A stretch of DNA of 64,000 bases from Narcine bancroftii. Its lineage: Eukaryota. The translations under genes and the position numbers were made by a program. The notes under the pieces are model-generated. The model was given only the letters and a program-made list of their open reading frames with translations. It had not been told where the DNA came from and made no database searches. The stretch covers positions 350,610,001 to 350,674,000 of the forward strand of contig NC_091471.1 in assembly GCF_036971445.1 (NCBI RefSeq), in the 5' to 3' direction. Positions 25,726-38,941 of the stretch are shown one piece after another; position 1 is the first letter of the stretch, and each line of letters starts with the position of its first letter.

Positions 25726-28700
25726 TGTAGTCACACTAGGCAACATCGAGAGAAAGAACGACACAGGATCGAAAGTGAGTTGAACTGACTTTTATAGAAC
25801 TCTCACACGCACTTAAATCTCTCAGAACATGATGACGCTTGTGACTCCCAGAGTTTTTAATGATATCAGCCGCCAGGCTGTGGGCTTGCCTTGCATCCGG
25901 AACGCTCTCAGTCAGATCTGCCGTGGACTTGCCCACAACTCCATGAGCCAGTTCACTTGTTGCATGGGGAGCTGCCAAATGACACCCCACCCCCACCCCG
26001 AGCCGGATTTAGGTGTGGAACCTACGAAAACACCTCTTTAGTCCATTTGGGTGGCTGACCTTGTCACAGAGTGTTCCAGGTCTAGGTGTGCTGGCTTGAG
26101 GCGGTCAGTGATGAAGGCCTCTTCATGGCTGCTCATGTCAAGGACATATGTGGTTCCATTCTGAAGCACCACAAGGTGAGGACATGAGCTAGTGTTCTTA
26201 CCTTCTCACGGAGTCTTGTGAGCATTGGCGTGGTGTCTCCTCTGTGCTACAAGCCACTGGCACAAACTCACTTGGAACCATCAGTGGGGTGCCAGATACC
26301 AACTCTGCTGAAGATCTAGCTAAGTCTTCTTTGGGAGCCGTATGGATACCAAGAAGCACCCATGGGAACTCATTAACCCAGTCCAGGCCTTGGAGACGCA
26401 CCATCAGGGCCGACTTCAGGTGCCAGTGGAAATGCTTTACCAGACTGTTAGTCTGCAGATGGTAGGCCATGATGTGATGCAGCTGGGTCCCAAGTAGCTG
26501 TGCCAGTGCCACCCATAGGCTGAATGTGCACTGAGAACCCCTGACTGAGGTGATGTTGGCAGACAGGCCAAAACGTGCAACCCAGCTTGCAATGGGACTC
26601 TGGCGCAGGACTCCGTGTATGTCAGCAAGCAGTACAACTGGCCTCTTGGTGAACCCGTCGACCATGGTGAACAGGGACCTTGCTGCCCCCCCAGGAAATC
26701 GGCAGTGGACTGACGATGTCCACAGGGATATGTTCAAACCTCCTGTGGACTTTGGAGGTCTAGCAGCGTATTTATGTTCTGGCCTAGTGCCCAACCTGCT
26801 TGCATAGGCCAGGCCAAGCAAATCTATCTGCCACCAGTTGGATGGTTCCCTGAATGGATGGGTGGGCCAAACCATGTAGTGCGTCAAAAACGTGACACCT
26901 CCAAGTGGCTGGAACAATGGACCGGGGTTGGCTGGTTGACACGTCACAGAGAAGCTTGCTGCCTGTTGGGCCGATGAGGATGTCCTCAAGTTGCAGACCT
27001 GAGACTGCAGTGCGGTAGGCCGGCATTTCTTCATCCAGCTGCTTTGTCTTGGCGAGCACCGTGTAGTCCAAACCTGAAACAGGGAATGCACCAAGTGGAC
27101 GGAGGTGCAAGACAGTGTGTTGGCCACGTTGTTCTTCTTGGAGATTTGTTTGGCAGTGGTGTATACTCCGAGATGTATGACAGATAACATTGCTGCCGTG
27201 ATGGCCATGGATCCGACACTTTAGCGAATGCAAAGGTGAGGGGTGTGTGGTCTATGAAAACCATGAACTTCCACCCCGCCAAGAAATACTAAAAGTGTCG
27301 GATGGTGAGGTAGAGGGCAAGCAGCTACACTGTATTTCAGCTCCGCGGATCCCAGATGACCTTCAATTAGTTGTTCCAGCCCGCTGCCGACTGCTGAGTT
27401 AGAAGTGTCAACTGTGAGGACTGTGGGCACATCCACCCATGGGTGTACCAGGAGGGTGGCATTTGCAATGGTATCCTTGGCCTGCTCAAAAGCCACTGCT
27501 GACTCCATGTTCCAGGTGATTTCCTTGGCCTTGCCAGACATCAGGCTGAACAGGGGTCACACGATTCAGGCTGCTGACAGTAAGAATCAGTAGTAAAAAT
27601 TGATTATGCCCACAAACTTCTGTAGGCCCTTGATTGTACTGGGCATGGCAAACTTGACTTTTGCAGGCAAGGGAACTGCTCCACGCCGGTCATTTTGGTG
27701 CCCAAGGAAATCAATGGCCGACAGCCTGAACTGGCACTTTGTGGGGTTGATGGATAGACCATATTCACACAAGCGGCGGCAGAATTGGCACATGTGTATC
27801 AAAGTTCTTGGTGTGAGTGGCTGGCACTCAGGATATCATTTAAGTAGATGAAGACAAAATCCAAGCCCCCGCCATCCTGAGTCCATGAACCGCTGGAACG
27901 TCTGTGCCACATTCTTGAGTCCAAAAGGCATCCGCAGACACTTGAATAGGCTGAACAGGGCTGTCTTGAGGATATCACTGAGGTAGGCAGAAATCAGGCC
28001 AGGTCGATCTTGGAGAAGATGAGTGCCCCATACAAATTGCCCATAAAGTCCTGAATATGGGGCACTGGGTAGCGGTCGGCTATGGTGGCATTCTGTCGTC
28101 ACCACATGGCCTCCATCCTCCAGCTGACTTGGACACCATGTGGAGCAGAGAGGTCATGGGCTGTCTGAGCACCAGAGGATCCCCATCTCCTCCATTTTCC
28201 TCAACTTGGCGAGGTGGAATTTGTCAGGCAGGAGCCTGTGTGCCCAGATGTGTAGCAATGGTCCTTGATGGGAATGTGATGCTGTGCACCATGCTTAGGA
28301 GCATCTGTGGAAAACTGGTGTAATGGTCAGAGCAGTACTCTGGCAAAGTCATTGCCTGAAAATGTCACAGAATCCAATATCCTGGACTCCTGGTGTCATA
28401 ATAGCCTCAGGTGTGTAGAAGACTGTTAAGAGCAGGGGCAGCTAATGTCGTTTGAGCAACTTAGGAATAAGTATAATTTCTCAAATAAGACGTTTCACTG
28501 TTACCTTCAGATAAGATCTTTTCTACAGGTAAAATTAGGTCCAACTATGGCCCCACCAACATGCACTGACATGTTGATCCATGATTTGAAGGGGGAGCAT
28601 GCAGAAATTCATTTTGGCAAAGTATTTCTTGCTCCAAATTAGAAGGCCCGAAGCCAGGCCTTGGTAAGTTGAGACAAAGGTGGGAGTCAAACTGAGGAAT

Positions 28701-30412
28701 AACGATTGATGAACGGTGCTGGTCCGATTTGTGTCAGATCAGCATGACTGCAGTCATCAACGTGCAGACCGGTACAATACAATCTTTTTCACCAGCTGTA
28801 CCCGACGCCACTAAAATTGAACAGATTGAAACCTGAACTACCAGCCAATGTTTTAGATATGGCATTGCAATAGGGACTTCAGTGCATGTGCCAAGGTGAG
28901 ACCCTTTGGAGTGAAATTGGACCAAGCCTTGGAAAAAAAATCATAGGCAAAGAATTCCCACAGGACTCAGAGCTCTTCCTGTTGGGAAACATTCTTTGGC
29001 TTGGCTTCGCGGACGAAGATTTATGGAGGGGGTAAATGACCATGTCAACTGCAGGCTCGTTTGTGGCTGACAAGTCCGATGCGGGACAGGCAGACACGGT
29101 TGGGAAACAATGGATGCAAAACTTACAATAAAGCTATCCAAATTTCAAATTCAATTTGTCACAATCGCATTGGTGATGGCCAGGAAGTGCATAGCGGTTG
29201 CCTGGAAGTCCAACTCTTACTTGGCATTGAAGTTGGAGCACAGAATTGCAGAGCTGTGTTCCCCTGTAGAAAATTACCTACAACCTAAGGAAACATGGTA
29301 CTTTTTTTGAAGGTCTGGCAGCCCTGATTGAACTACATTAGCGGCACAGTTATAGCATGAGCTGCTGTGCCCCACTGCCCTGCCCTCCCAATTCACCCCT
29401 CCATTGGTGAGGGAGTGGAGGGGTCCATCCTATTCTAGCCAGGGAAAGCTGTGGAAAAAGGAAGGCAGCCTACGTGCTGGCTGCCATGACAAACCCATAA
29501 ATGCCCATGTCTATGAGGAACTTTCGCCTAGAGTGTCACTCCTATAAGCCATTAGCGACTGCAGGCCCCGGCGATTCCCTGAAAAGGACAGGGTGGGTGG
29601 CAATGGTGCACTCCTAAACCTCACTTTTGGTGGTAAAAACACAAACAGTCCGAACTGGGGTTGTTCCCTGCTGCGGGCGTCACCAGCTTTGTGGGTGGCA
29701 TGGGGAAGGCCCAGGCTTAGGGCGTAATGTAGCAACTTGGTCAATGAGGACCCCACCGTGCTGCTTGGTGTGCCACAGGATATCTGAGCAGCCACTACTT
29801 TGTATGGGTCACTGAAATCAGCAACAATGAGGAAGAGGACATCTTCTGGCATCTGCTCAAGAAAGACCTGTTCAAACAGTAAATATGGCTTATGGCTGAT
29901 GGTGCACGTGGAGCAACTGCACTGTATGCTCATGGTGAGAGAGGCCAAAAGTTCAGATCAGGAGCACCTTGATTGTTTCATACTTATCATAACCCTTGAC
30001 TGGTGTAGGAAATCAATGATGCGGCCTGCTGTTTCCTGGTCGAGTGAACTAATCACAGTTCAAACCAGACCTGTGTCTGAGGTCCAAAAAGTTGGCAGTT
30101 TGTTAAACTGCATTCTGCATGCTTGGGTTGGTCATCGTTGGGTCCAAATGCCGTTTGGACCAAGCGACCAATGTAGTCACACTAGGCATGCATCGAGAGA
30201 ACCACGCAGATTCGAAAGCGAGTTGAAACAATCTTTATAGAACTCTCGCATGCACTTAAATCCCTTAGAATCCCATGACACACGACTCCTGGGACCTTTA
30301 CATCAGCTCCAGGCTGTGGGCTTGCCTCGCACCTGGAGTACTCACAGATCTGCGGCAGACTTGCCCACGACTCCATGAGTCGGTTCGCCTGTCGCATGGG
30401 CGAGCAGCCACA
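25726..30412 (-). mobile_element. Degenerate Gypsy/Ty3 LTR retrotransposon
   Basis: LTRs at 25726-~25984 and 30172-30412 (TG...CA); 4-bp TSD GTAT (25722-25725 / 30413-30416); PBS-like TGGTCGC after the 5' LTR; G-rich PPT near 25985-26000; remnants of gag (FEQVFLEQMPEDV), RT (MPFGLKNVAQTFQRFMD), RNase H (FIDHTPL) and integrase (LHGLAHP; WVNEFPWVLLGI) in RT-RH-IN order. Confidence 0.88.
28370..29400 (+). mobile_element. L1-type LINE 3' fragment nested in the Gypsy element
   Basis: MSFEQLRNKYNFSNKTFHCYLQIRSFL and IALVMARKCIAVAWKS, the L1 ORF2 C-terminus, antisense to the host element. Confidence 0.75.
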
Positions 30413-33329
30413 GTATCGACTTGGGATTTGAATGTTTTGCCCCTCACAAGCAGTTAACGAACAAGGCAACAACTGTGGAGAAGCTGAAGATAACTAAACA
30501 TTACTGATGGCCACTACGATCAGAGAGAAAGTAAACGTGAACAGAAAAATTAATGGTATTAATTTATGCCACCTGTAATGACGCTGCTAACAAAGGCAGC
30601 AGGTAACCAAGGTCAAGGTCAGCTTCAGTCCATTAGTAGTAGTTTAGGGATTAGAATTTATGGAGAAACCCAGGTCTGTTTGGGGGAAAACCACAAGATG
30701 AAATGAACAAGGCACAGGAGAAAGCAGCTTCACCATTTATCAAAATTTTAAAAATACTGCATCTCCCTTTTGTACACTATCAGCATAACTTGATTCCATT
30801 AACATTCAGAAATGTATTAACTTCTATTTTGAATGAACTCTATCTAGCTTTCCAGGGCAAAAAGAGTTATAATTCATTGCCCTTTGAAGCCATTTCTCTT
30901 TCTCCCCCTTACTACATATTCTGATTTGCTGACCTGAGGTTCTTAACTTATCCGTTCCTACATTCACCTGATGAGTCCATTAGAATTTTGTTAGTTTTAA
31001 AGAGATCTTTTTTATTCAAGAGAATGCATCTAGTCCAGTGTGCTAATCATCTCTTCATATGGCAAACCTGTCATCTCAAGAACCAGGAAAATCCCAGAAA
31101 AATTCATGAAGAATCTGGTCACTTCCATCACTATTCAGTAATTCATAATAGATAAGTGCATATATGTAGACAACTTTCAAAGACAAGCTTGTTTTCACTC
31201 TTCTGACCTCACATTCAAATTGTCTGCCATTAATCAAATCCAGAATAGCATGTAAAGAATGTTCATGTCAGACCTGACTCCCAATACATCCTGGCAGAAT
31301 AGTCCTTCAGAGGAGAAAATTAGGAATGAAAAAATACTTTTTCCTGTTTAAAACAACCAAAATTATAATCACTACATCTTCAGATTTGTTCACTTCATGT
31401 ACTCCAGGAAACATGTGCCCTCTCATGGTCTTTTAGACATACAACACACTAGCCCATGCCACTCAAAAACCACCAATTCACTGACAAACCAGGCAAATGA
31501 AATGTGCCATGAGATTATGGAGACTATAATCAAGCTGCAGAGTTCTGGTATTTGAAAAGTAAAGAAGTAGGAGTGAAATAAATCCGAAAATGCCACAACT
31601 GTGGAGAGAAGTAAAAGACAACTTTTCAGGTGAAATTTGAAATTAAGCATTGATTATTTTGCAGAGAACAGTGGGGATGGGGTGCAGTAAAGGTAGTGGT
31701 GTAGAAAAAGGTAGAGAACAAGAGAGACTGAATGGCACAAGGGCAAATGATGGGAGAGTGACAAATCAGCAGATAAAAGAAAGTAAAATAGATTTGTTGG
31801 AACCTTCTGATACACACCGTAGAATCAAAATGCTTCACATTCAAACAATATTCAGGTAGCACCTGTGAAATGAGAGAGAATTAGTTTCAGGTTCATTACT
31901 TTAAATCGGTGTTAAATAGATTTTAATGCAACTTGGGAGTCTGGTTATTTGATGCTTTTGAATTCAGTGTCAAATCCTGAGGTGACTTGATGCCGAAATA
32001 GAAGACAATTCAAACTTGTGCTAAAGTCAGATCAGAATGAGAGCAGGGACAGAATTAAAATGATGGGCAACTGATTTGCAGGTTTCCTGCAAAGCTCTAA
32101 TTAATTAGGAGGCAACGTTGTGAGCAGTGAATGCCATAAACTAATACTTGTGAATGGATATATTTGATTGCAATAATTGCTGAAGTTTGTAAAGGTCAGT
32201 GAACCTTGGACACAACTTCTGCAGTGATGGTTGGCGTCAACTACTTTCCAGTTAGAAAAGCAACATTCAAAGTACCTTATGATCCATGAGGTTGTGAAGA
32301 GTGTTAAATAGGTTTTTTAAAAATTCAAATAAATGGAATTTATTGGGGGGGGGGAAACAAGCTGAATAAACAATAATGGATAGCAGTTAATGCAGTACCA
32401 AGTTGGGTTCAAATCCAGCATGTCTGTGAGGAGTTTGTACATTCTCCCTGTGTGAGTCTCCTCTGGGTGGTTTGGTTTCCTCCCACCCTTCAAATTGGCC
32501 AGCACAGGCTCGAGGATTGCAAGTACCTGTTACTGCGCCATGTTTCAATTATCAGTATGCTCCTGACCTATGGGTGTATGGAGTACTATGGAAGCAGTCC
32601 CAAGGTGTTTCACCAGTAGGTTGGACATTCAGTAAACCAGTTAAGGAAGCTGTTTTTGCCCTTCACATTCATCACAAGGCATCCCTAGAGATATGGGATT
32701 CTATCATCCACCGGTGACATCTGAGTGGTGCATTGAGCAATGACGGACCGGTCCTAAATCCTGATCAATGTATTATGATCTTGTATTTAAACAATTAATT
32801 ATGCCCAATTATGATTAAACATTATATGAGCATTTCAGCCTCTGTTGTTTCAGCCTATCCAAACTTTTATAAATTTATATAAAACACAGCCACACAATTT
32901 ATATACACATTGGAAAAGTCCTAGTGGCAATTGTGCACAATTTAGAAAAACTGGTAAAGAGTGATGGCAGACCTGCCCTCCCAGAATTCTATACAGAAAG
33001 GGCTGTATGCACAGAGCATTCATGAAGGAGTTTCTATGCCACACAGAATTCTGGAACAGCAAATTTGCCATAGTTCTCACTCCAACTCCCCAGTCCTTTA
33101 GAAATGGATAAACAATTATATAGATGAGCAAAGTTTATACCTTTTTAATCTTTTGTTTCCTTCATGTTCCTGCACTCATGCAAAAATATCATCAACATGT
33201 CATTACTTTTTCCCTGGATCATCCACGTCCCTTTCACATTAATTGACTCACAGGCATCAATTGATGTTGGGGATGATACAACCTACCTGTGATGAATCTT
33301 TCCTGGCATGATTGGACACCTGCGTACTG

Positions 33330-34290
33330 TTGCGAGGTCAAAACCCACCAGCAATAGACATTCACCAAGTATTTACTTAACAAAAGTTGTTTTTATCTTT
33401 AAACATGAAAATAGAATCAAACTTAACTAACCCAAATTAACCCCCTTCTAATTCTAAGCACACATGTATGTAAATTTAAGTTCTTTGGTTCACAGTTCAA
33501 TCTCGCTTCTTCCAACTTCTCGAGTTGCAGGCAATTCTTATACTGTGCACAGAATTCAGAATTTAACATGTATAAAGTTCACCAGGCTTGGTGCTCAAAG
33601 GTAAATGTTTACCACTCAGGAAGGTTCTTGTAGGGTTTGCAGAGAGATTTGTTCTTCCAGATTTCCACAACTGAGGTACTACCATTAGTCACCTCAATGT
33701 CTCGCTATGAAACTTTCCCCATCGGGGTTTTCCAGATGGTAACCTCTTTCTTCAGGCTACCAGAATTCCTTTCTGTTCCTCTTATTCCAAGAGAATCATC
33801 AGACAGATAGCACTGCTCTGGAACTTTGTTTCCAACCAGCTCTTCCTGGCTTGGACTGTTCATCTCTGTTCAGTGTGAGACACACAAGCTGAGAGAGCTT
33901 ATTGAGATTGGTCTAACCTCTCTCTCACTCCCTCTCTCCCCCCAACTCCCAGAAAGCCCATGTGACTCACTTGCAAAAACCCCCACCTTCAGCAAATCAC
34001 GGGAATTTTCTCTTGGTCAAGCTGTTGTCTGAGATAAACAAAACCCAGCAGTGTCCTTTCTGTGAGCACACCAAGTACTTGCAGCCAGTATGTCTCCTCC
34101 AAAACAATGGCTATTAATTTCATATAATTTCAATTAGCACCTTGTGAAATGTGTATAAGTCTCCAAAGATTCTGCAATGTTACTTAATATTGAATTCTTC
34201 AGTCTTTCAAATAAGATCCATTTTAAAATATGTGTATGTATGCATGTCACCCATTAATCTTACCAAATTCTCCCAATATTTATCCACTAC
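33330..34290. mobile_element. Probable solo LTR / interspersed repeat
   Basis: Begins TGTTGCGAG, is non-coding and ~1 kb long; resembles batoid interspersed repeats from recall only. Right boundary unclear. Confidence 0.35.
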
Positions 34291-36112
34291 AGTATCAGTA
34301 GATTGGCTGTCAATTACTAGGATAAGATGCCAGTGTTAAAGGGGCTAATGAGTTGCCCTTCAAGGTTGGACAATGAGAGAAACCAACTGAAACAAAAGAG
34401 CCTCGGCAGGGACAATGTGAAGAGGATGTCTCAACATTGGCAGAATCTCAAACAAGGGAACACTTAATAACAAAGGAGAGGAAGCAATCTCAAGCCTGCT
34501 CCATCATTCACCAAGATCCTGGCTGATCCTCCCTTTCAGCACCACTTCCTTTTCTCAATAGCCTGACACAATTCATTTCCAAGTCCAGAATCACAGCATC
34601 TTGGATAGAATTCCAAAGGCTCATGACTTCATGGAACCTTCTGTCAATAGCCTATCCCTTATTTTCAAATGTTACCTCTGATCGGTTTCCTCAGTCACTT
34701 CCTTTGTGCCTCACCCTGTTTAACAATTTAAGAATGGTCCTTGTCTATTCAATCCTCACACAAACCTGCATCCCTGAAAATAATCTAGCAAATCTTCACT
34801 GTATTCTGCAAAGGATATCCCTTCTACAGTAAGGAAACCAAAACTCTACACAATAATCCAGGAACTTTTTTAACCATTCATCTACCTTGGTTTTAAGTGG
34901 ATTATTTCATTTATTATTACTCTCCACATTGCCACCCATTCATCTTGTCCCTATGCAAAATTAGAAGTTTCTTCAACCAAAATCAGATAACTGCAGATAA
35001 ATTTTTAGGTTATTTCACAGGTTATGCACGATAGTTGGATGGTCCCTTGGAAGAGCATCAAAATAAATTGTTCAGACTTCAAAATTCAATAGATTAAAGT
35101 TCTCGTAAACTCAAATAAACATTCCTTTCTGTGAATGTTATTCCTTCACCTTGATAAACTTTAGCTCAAAACCACAGTACAATTTTTCAGAAAATACATA
35201 ATGGCCTCCCAAAGATTTAACTTTAGGAATATTTTCTCAACAAATAGGTTTTAGAAGTCATGATCTTTGGATTATTTTTCCCTACCTACTTCCCAGAGCT
35301 GCCATGTTAAAATAAAATTATTTAAAGCTGCTTCTTTACAATAACTGTCCATTACTCACTTTGCAGCCAAGCTTTTGTAAAAAAATTTGCATACAAATTT
35401 CCATTGACCAGATCATTCTAATTGAAGGCAGTATTATCTCCCAGCTTCCAACTTCCCTGCTTCCATACAATGATCTTTTACATTCTTCAGTTTAAAATGT
35501 CAGACATCTCTCATTAAAGACTGCTCCTTTGAAAAAAGATGCTTTGAATTTTTAAATCGTTTGTATTTTTACCTTTCATCTGAAGACAGTTAAATGTTGA
35601 ATATTGAAATATTTGAATATTTAAATAAAAAGTAATTTCATGAACAGACATTTTTCCCCAAGCACAAGGAAACCATTTGAAAGGCAGCAATATTAGAAAT
35701 GCTAGTCACTGATGTCCTTGATGCTTGGAGAGATTGAATGATCACTCCCACTTGATGGTTAATTAGCTACTAAATTATCCTGATACATTAATAGCAGAAA
35801 AACAAAGGAGAATTGATGAAATTGGAAGCAAGCTGCAGGGTTTGACAAATTGAAGAACAGGACCCATGGGTCAGTTCCTACAAAGTAGATCTGAGGCAAA
35901 TTAATTTCTACCCCATAATTCCCAGCAACTGTAGGTGTCCACTCAGACCAAATTTAAACCAGGGTCAAGGCAATTTAACAAAGCAAGACTATCATTTTAA
36001 AAAGTTTAGTTTGTAATAGTTTAAATTTTAGTTTATCAATTTACATTCTATTTTAATAAAGTAACTTGTTGATCATTTAACTAGAACCCAGATTTGAAAA
36101 AATCTTGAATAC

Positions 36113-36118
36113 TTTATT
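36113..36118 (-). terminator. KPNA2: KPNA2 polyadenylation signal AATAAA
   Basis: AATAAA on the minus strand ~200 nt after the stop, preceded by several UGUA elements in a U-rich 3'UTR. Confidence 0.65.
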
Positions 36119-36319
36119 TAAAGTTGCACACAAACAAACTTAAATGGCAATAAAATAGTGACAGTTCGGAGAAAATATTTACATTGTAATTACAAGTTTA
36201 CATCAGGAAACAATTTGTACAAATGTACAAGATGTTCAAGTACAGGAGACAGACAAGTGCAAGTGAGAAGATGCAAGCAGAAATTGTAAACCTAGCTAAT
36301 TTTAATGTTTAAATAAAGT

Positions 36320-36409
36320 TCAAAAGTCAAATTTTATACCAGGGTTCTCAGTCTGAAATGCAAAAGCCTCGGCACTGGCATCTGGTACAACATTCTGGTC
36401 TTCCTCTAC
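36320..36409 (-). CDS. KPNA2: KPNA2 last coding exon (stop TGA at 36322-36320)
   Basis: TAG|VEEDQNVVPDASAEAFAFQTENPGIKFDF*. The ten exons sum to 1578 nt (525 aa + stop) with consistent phases. Confidence 0.93.
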   Translation of the reverse strand, partial: VEEDQNVVPDASAEAFAFQTENPGIKFDF

Positions 36410-36651
36410 CTAAGAATACAAAATGCAAAGTTTTTCGTGAAGTTCAGCTTGTGATGCTGGTGAAAAACATTTTTTCATCTTGTGAAAAATCCGATACCAT
36501 TATATTTGTACGACAACCTCACAAACAACCTCAAAAGATTTCTTGATTAATATTAGTATGAAATGAGTTCAATTTTTCACTTGTCTCAAATGTTTCAAAA
36601 CAAAATATTACTTTTTTAAATTGGTGACTAGATTACATCTGAAACACTTAC

Positions 36652-36801
36652 CTCTTCTGAGAAGAATTTTTCTATCAGATTCAATGCTGCTTTGTATACC
36701 AGTTCATTTTCATGGGACTGCAATGCTTCAATTTTATCCAAACCTCCAAATTCTTCAATAATTAAACATAGCTGGTCTGCTTCACCAACTTTTTCTGCAG
36801 T
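36652..36801 (-). CDS. KPNA2: KPNA2 coding exon 9
   Basis: [50 protein letters not shown], 150 nt, CAG/GTAAG boundaries. Confidence 0.95.
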
Positions 36802-37609
36802 CTGCAATAAAAATGAAAATATCTGAAAACCAAGTTCAGGTACAGAATCTTTGTGTCAAGTTCACTTACAAAAGAGTACAAATTCACCCAAACAATTTCA
36901 TTTCCATTACCACTTTCTTGCCCATCACATTAGAAGCAGCAGCTGCCAATTAACTTAATTAATACAATGTAATGAACAGATTTGGATTTTATTTATTTTT
37001 TGGAAAATACACAAAAAAATGACTGATAACCAGACCTACACTTATTGGAATTGATGACAAAGGCTATGTGCATCCAAAAGGACAGCTGTTCTCAGTAATT
37101 TAGAGGAAAATGGAGCATCCACATAACTTTAACTTGGTCCACTGGAGGTCAGGACTGAACCTAGGCTGCTGAGGGAACAGGTCCATGGGTTGCATCATTT
37201 TCCTCAAGAGCACAGCAGATCCAGTTACAACTCTTGCATTCCTTTAACCTAAAAGCAGATGCTCGAAATCTGAAGTTTTGCAGTAACTGATTTCATCCTT
37301 TGGCCATTTTGAACCTTGCATAATACATAATCTGGACTGGGCCCATACAAGAACCAGTTGGTCAGTGGGTATAAAACAAGTGCATGTGCTTGTTGTTAGT
37401 CCCTAAAAACAGGGACATGGAGTCCAAAGGGTTCACTGCAACCCTTTACAATTGGATCATTGCTTTTAGCTCACATGCTACTCCATTCTGCAACATGAGC
37501 AGAATCAATGTTACTTCTGAAAGTGGGCATGTTGAATTTAAAAGCCTCACAAACCAATCAAAAGCTTATCATTTTAACACAGATCATCCTATTTCCCCCT
37601 CCTACCCCA

Positions 37610-38320
37610 CAAATGATCACCAATACCCTTGACAATTTAGCCACCCTCATTAAACCACATCTCAAATCCCTTGGTGTGATATTCAATTCCTTTTTTCAAG
37701 TCAATGCAGTAGTAAAACCCAGCCTTTTCCAGCTTCGCACTTTTGCCAAAATCAAATCATTCCTGTCACTGAAAGACTTGGAGAAAGTTATCCACATTCT
37801 CATTTTCTCCTGTTTAGACTACTCTAACTCCCTTTGCACAGTCATCGTTATCCCACCTGCAGCTGGTTCAGAATGCGGCAGCAAGGCTCCTCTCTCCCTT
37901 CACTGGTTGCCAGTACAGCTCAGGATAGATTTTAGTTCTCCATTTTGTTTACAAAGCTATCAATAGACTAGCCCCCTCCTACATCACTAATGCTCTATTC
38001 CGCTTCAAGACCCCTCAGACTGGCCAATTTAAGGTATTCAGTTCCATGCTCATATTGCAAACTCAGGGGAGATCATGCCTTAGTGATAGGAGCCCTTAAA
38101 CTGTGGAACAACATTCCTTTATCCATCAGATTAGCCCCTTCAACTCTTAAATCCAGGCTGAAGTTTATTTTTACTCAAGTGTTTTGAAGTGATTGTTGAT
38201 TGTTACCATGTTGTTTGTACAATTCTAAATCTCAGGTACCCATTTTATACTGTGCTTTAACGAGCTACTTAAGATGTAATTTATGATCTGTATAGCACTT
38301 CGGTCAATGCAAGTCAATAT
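37610..38320 (+). mobile_element. L2 LINE 3' fragment in a KPNA2 intron
   Basis: KSLGVIF...FQLRTFAKIKSFLSLKDLEKVIHILIFSCLDYSNSL...LHWLPV...KLWNNIP. Confidence 0.75.
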
Positions 38321-38758
38321 CTAGTTCATGGAGACTACAGATCCAAATCTGGAGCAAAAACAATTGGAGGAACTCTCAATGCAGTCAAAGGGCCATTGAT
38401 TCTGATAATGCCTGATGCAGAACCTCAACCCAAGATGTTGACCATCCCTTTGACTCCAGATGCTGCTTGACCTACTAATTGCCTCCAGCATAGTTTTCCT
38501 CTAGTTCAACAGATAAAGGTCATTATGAATCAATTCCCTACCTTGCCCAGATGTTAGTAACTGATCATTTTTTTTAAAACTAGGATGCAACCCAGCAGCA
38601 TGGCTTAAAACAAAAACTGCACAATTTTTGCAAAATATCTGTGAAAGCATCAAATTATATTTCAGCATTACTAATATCGTAGCTTCATAATTTTCATTTG
38701 GCACAGTGAAAATTGTGAATGAATGCAATAGTTATCAAATGCTAGCGGAACAACTTAC

Positions 38759-38941
38759 CAGGCAGATATTAGTAATTGCATCCAAAATCACTTGGATGGT
38801 CTTGCAATCCTTGACTGATAGCAGTGCTAACAATGGCTCCACAACTCCAGCTTGAACAAGGTAGCCAATTTGTTCCACTGTACCACCACTGGTATAATTC
38901 GTCACGGCCCAGACAGCTTCTTTCTGAGTTTTGAAGTCCCC
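38759..38941 (-). CDS. KPNA2: KPNA2 coding exon 8
   Basis: [25 protein letters not shown]...[11 protein letters not shown], 183 nt, CAG/GTAAG boundaries. Confidence 0.96.

Noticed and set aside
25726-30412. Intact or domesticated retrovirus
   Set aside because: No env gene, and gag/pol are broken by many stops and frameshifts.
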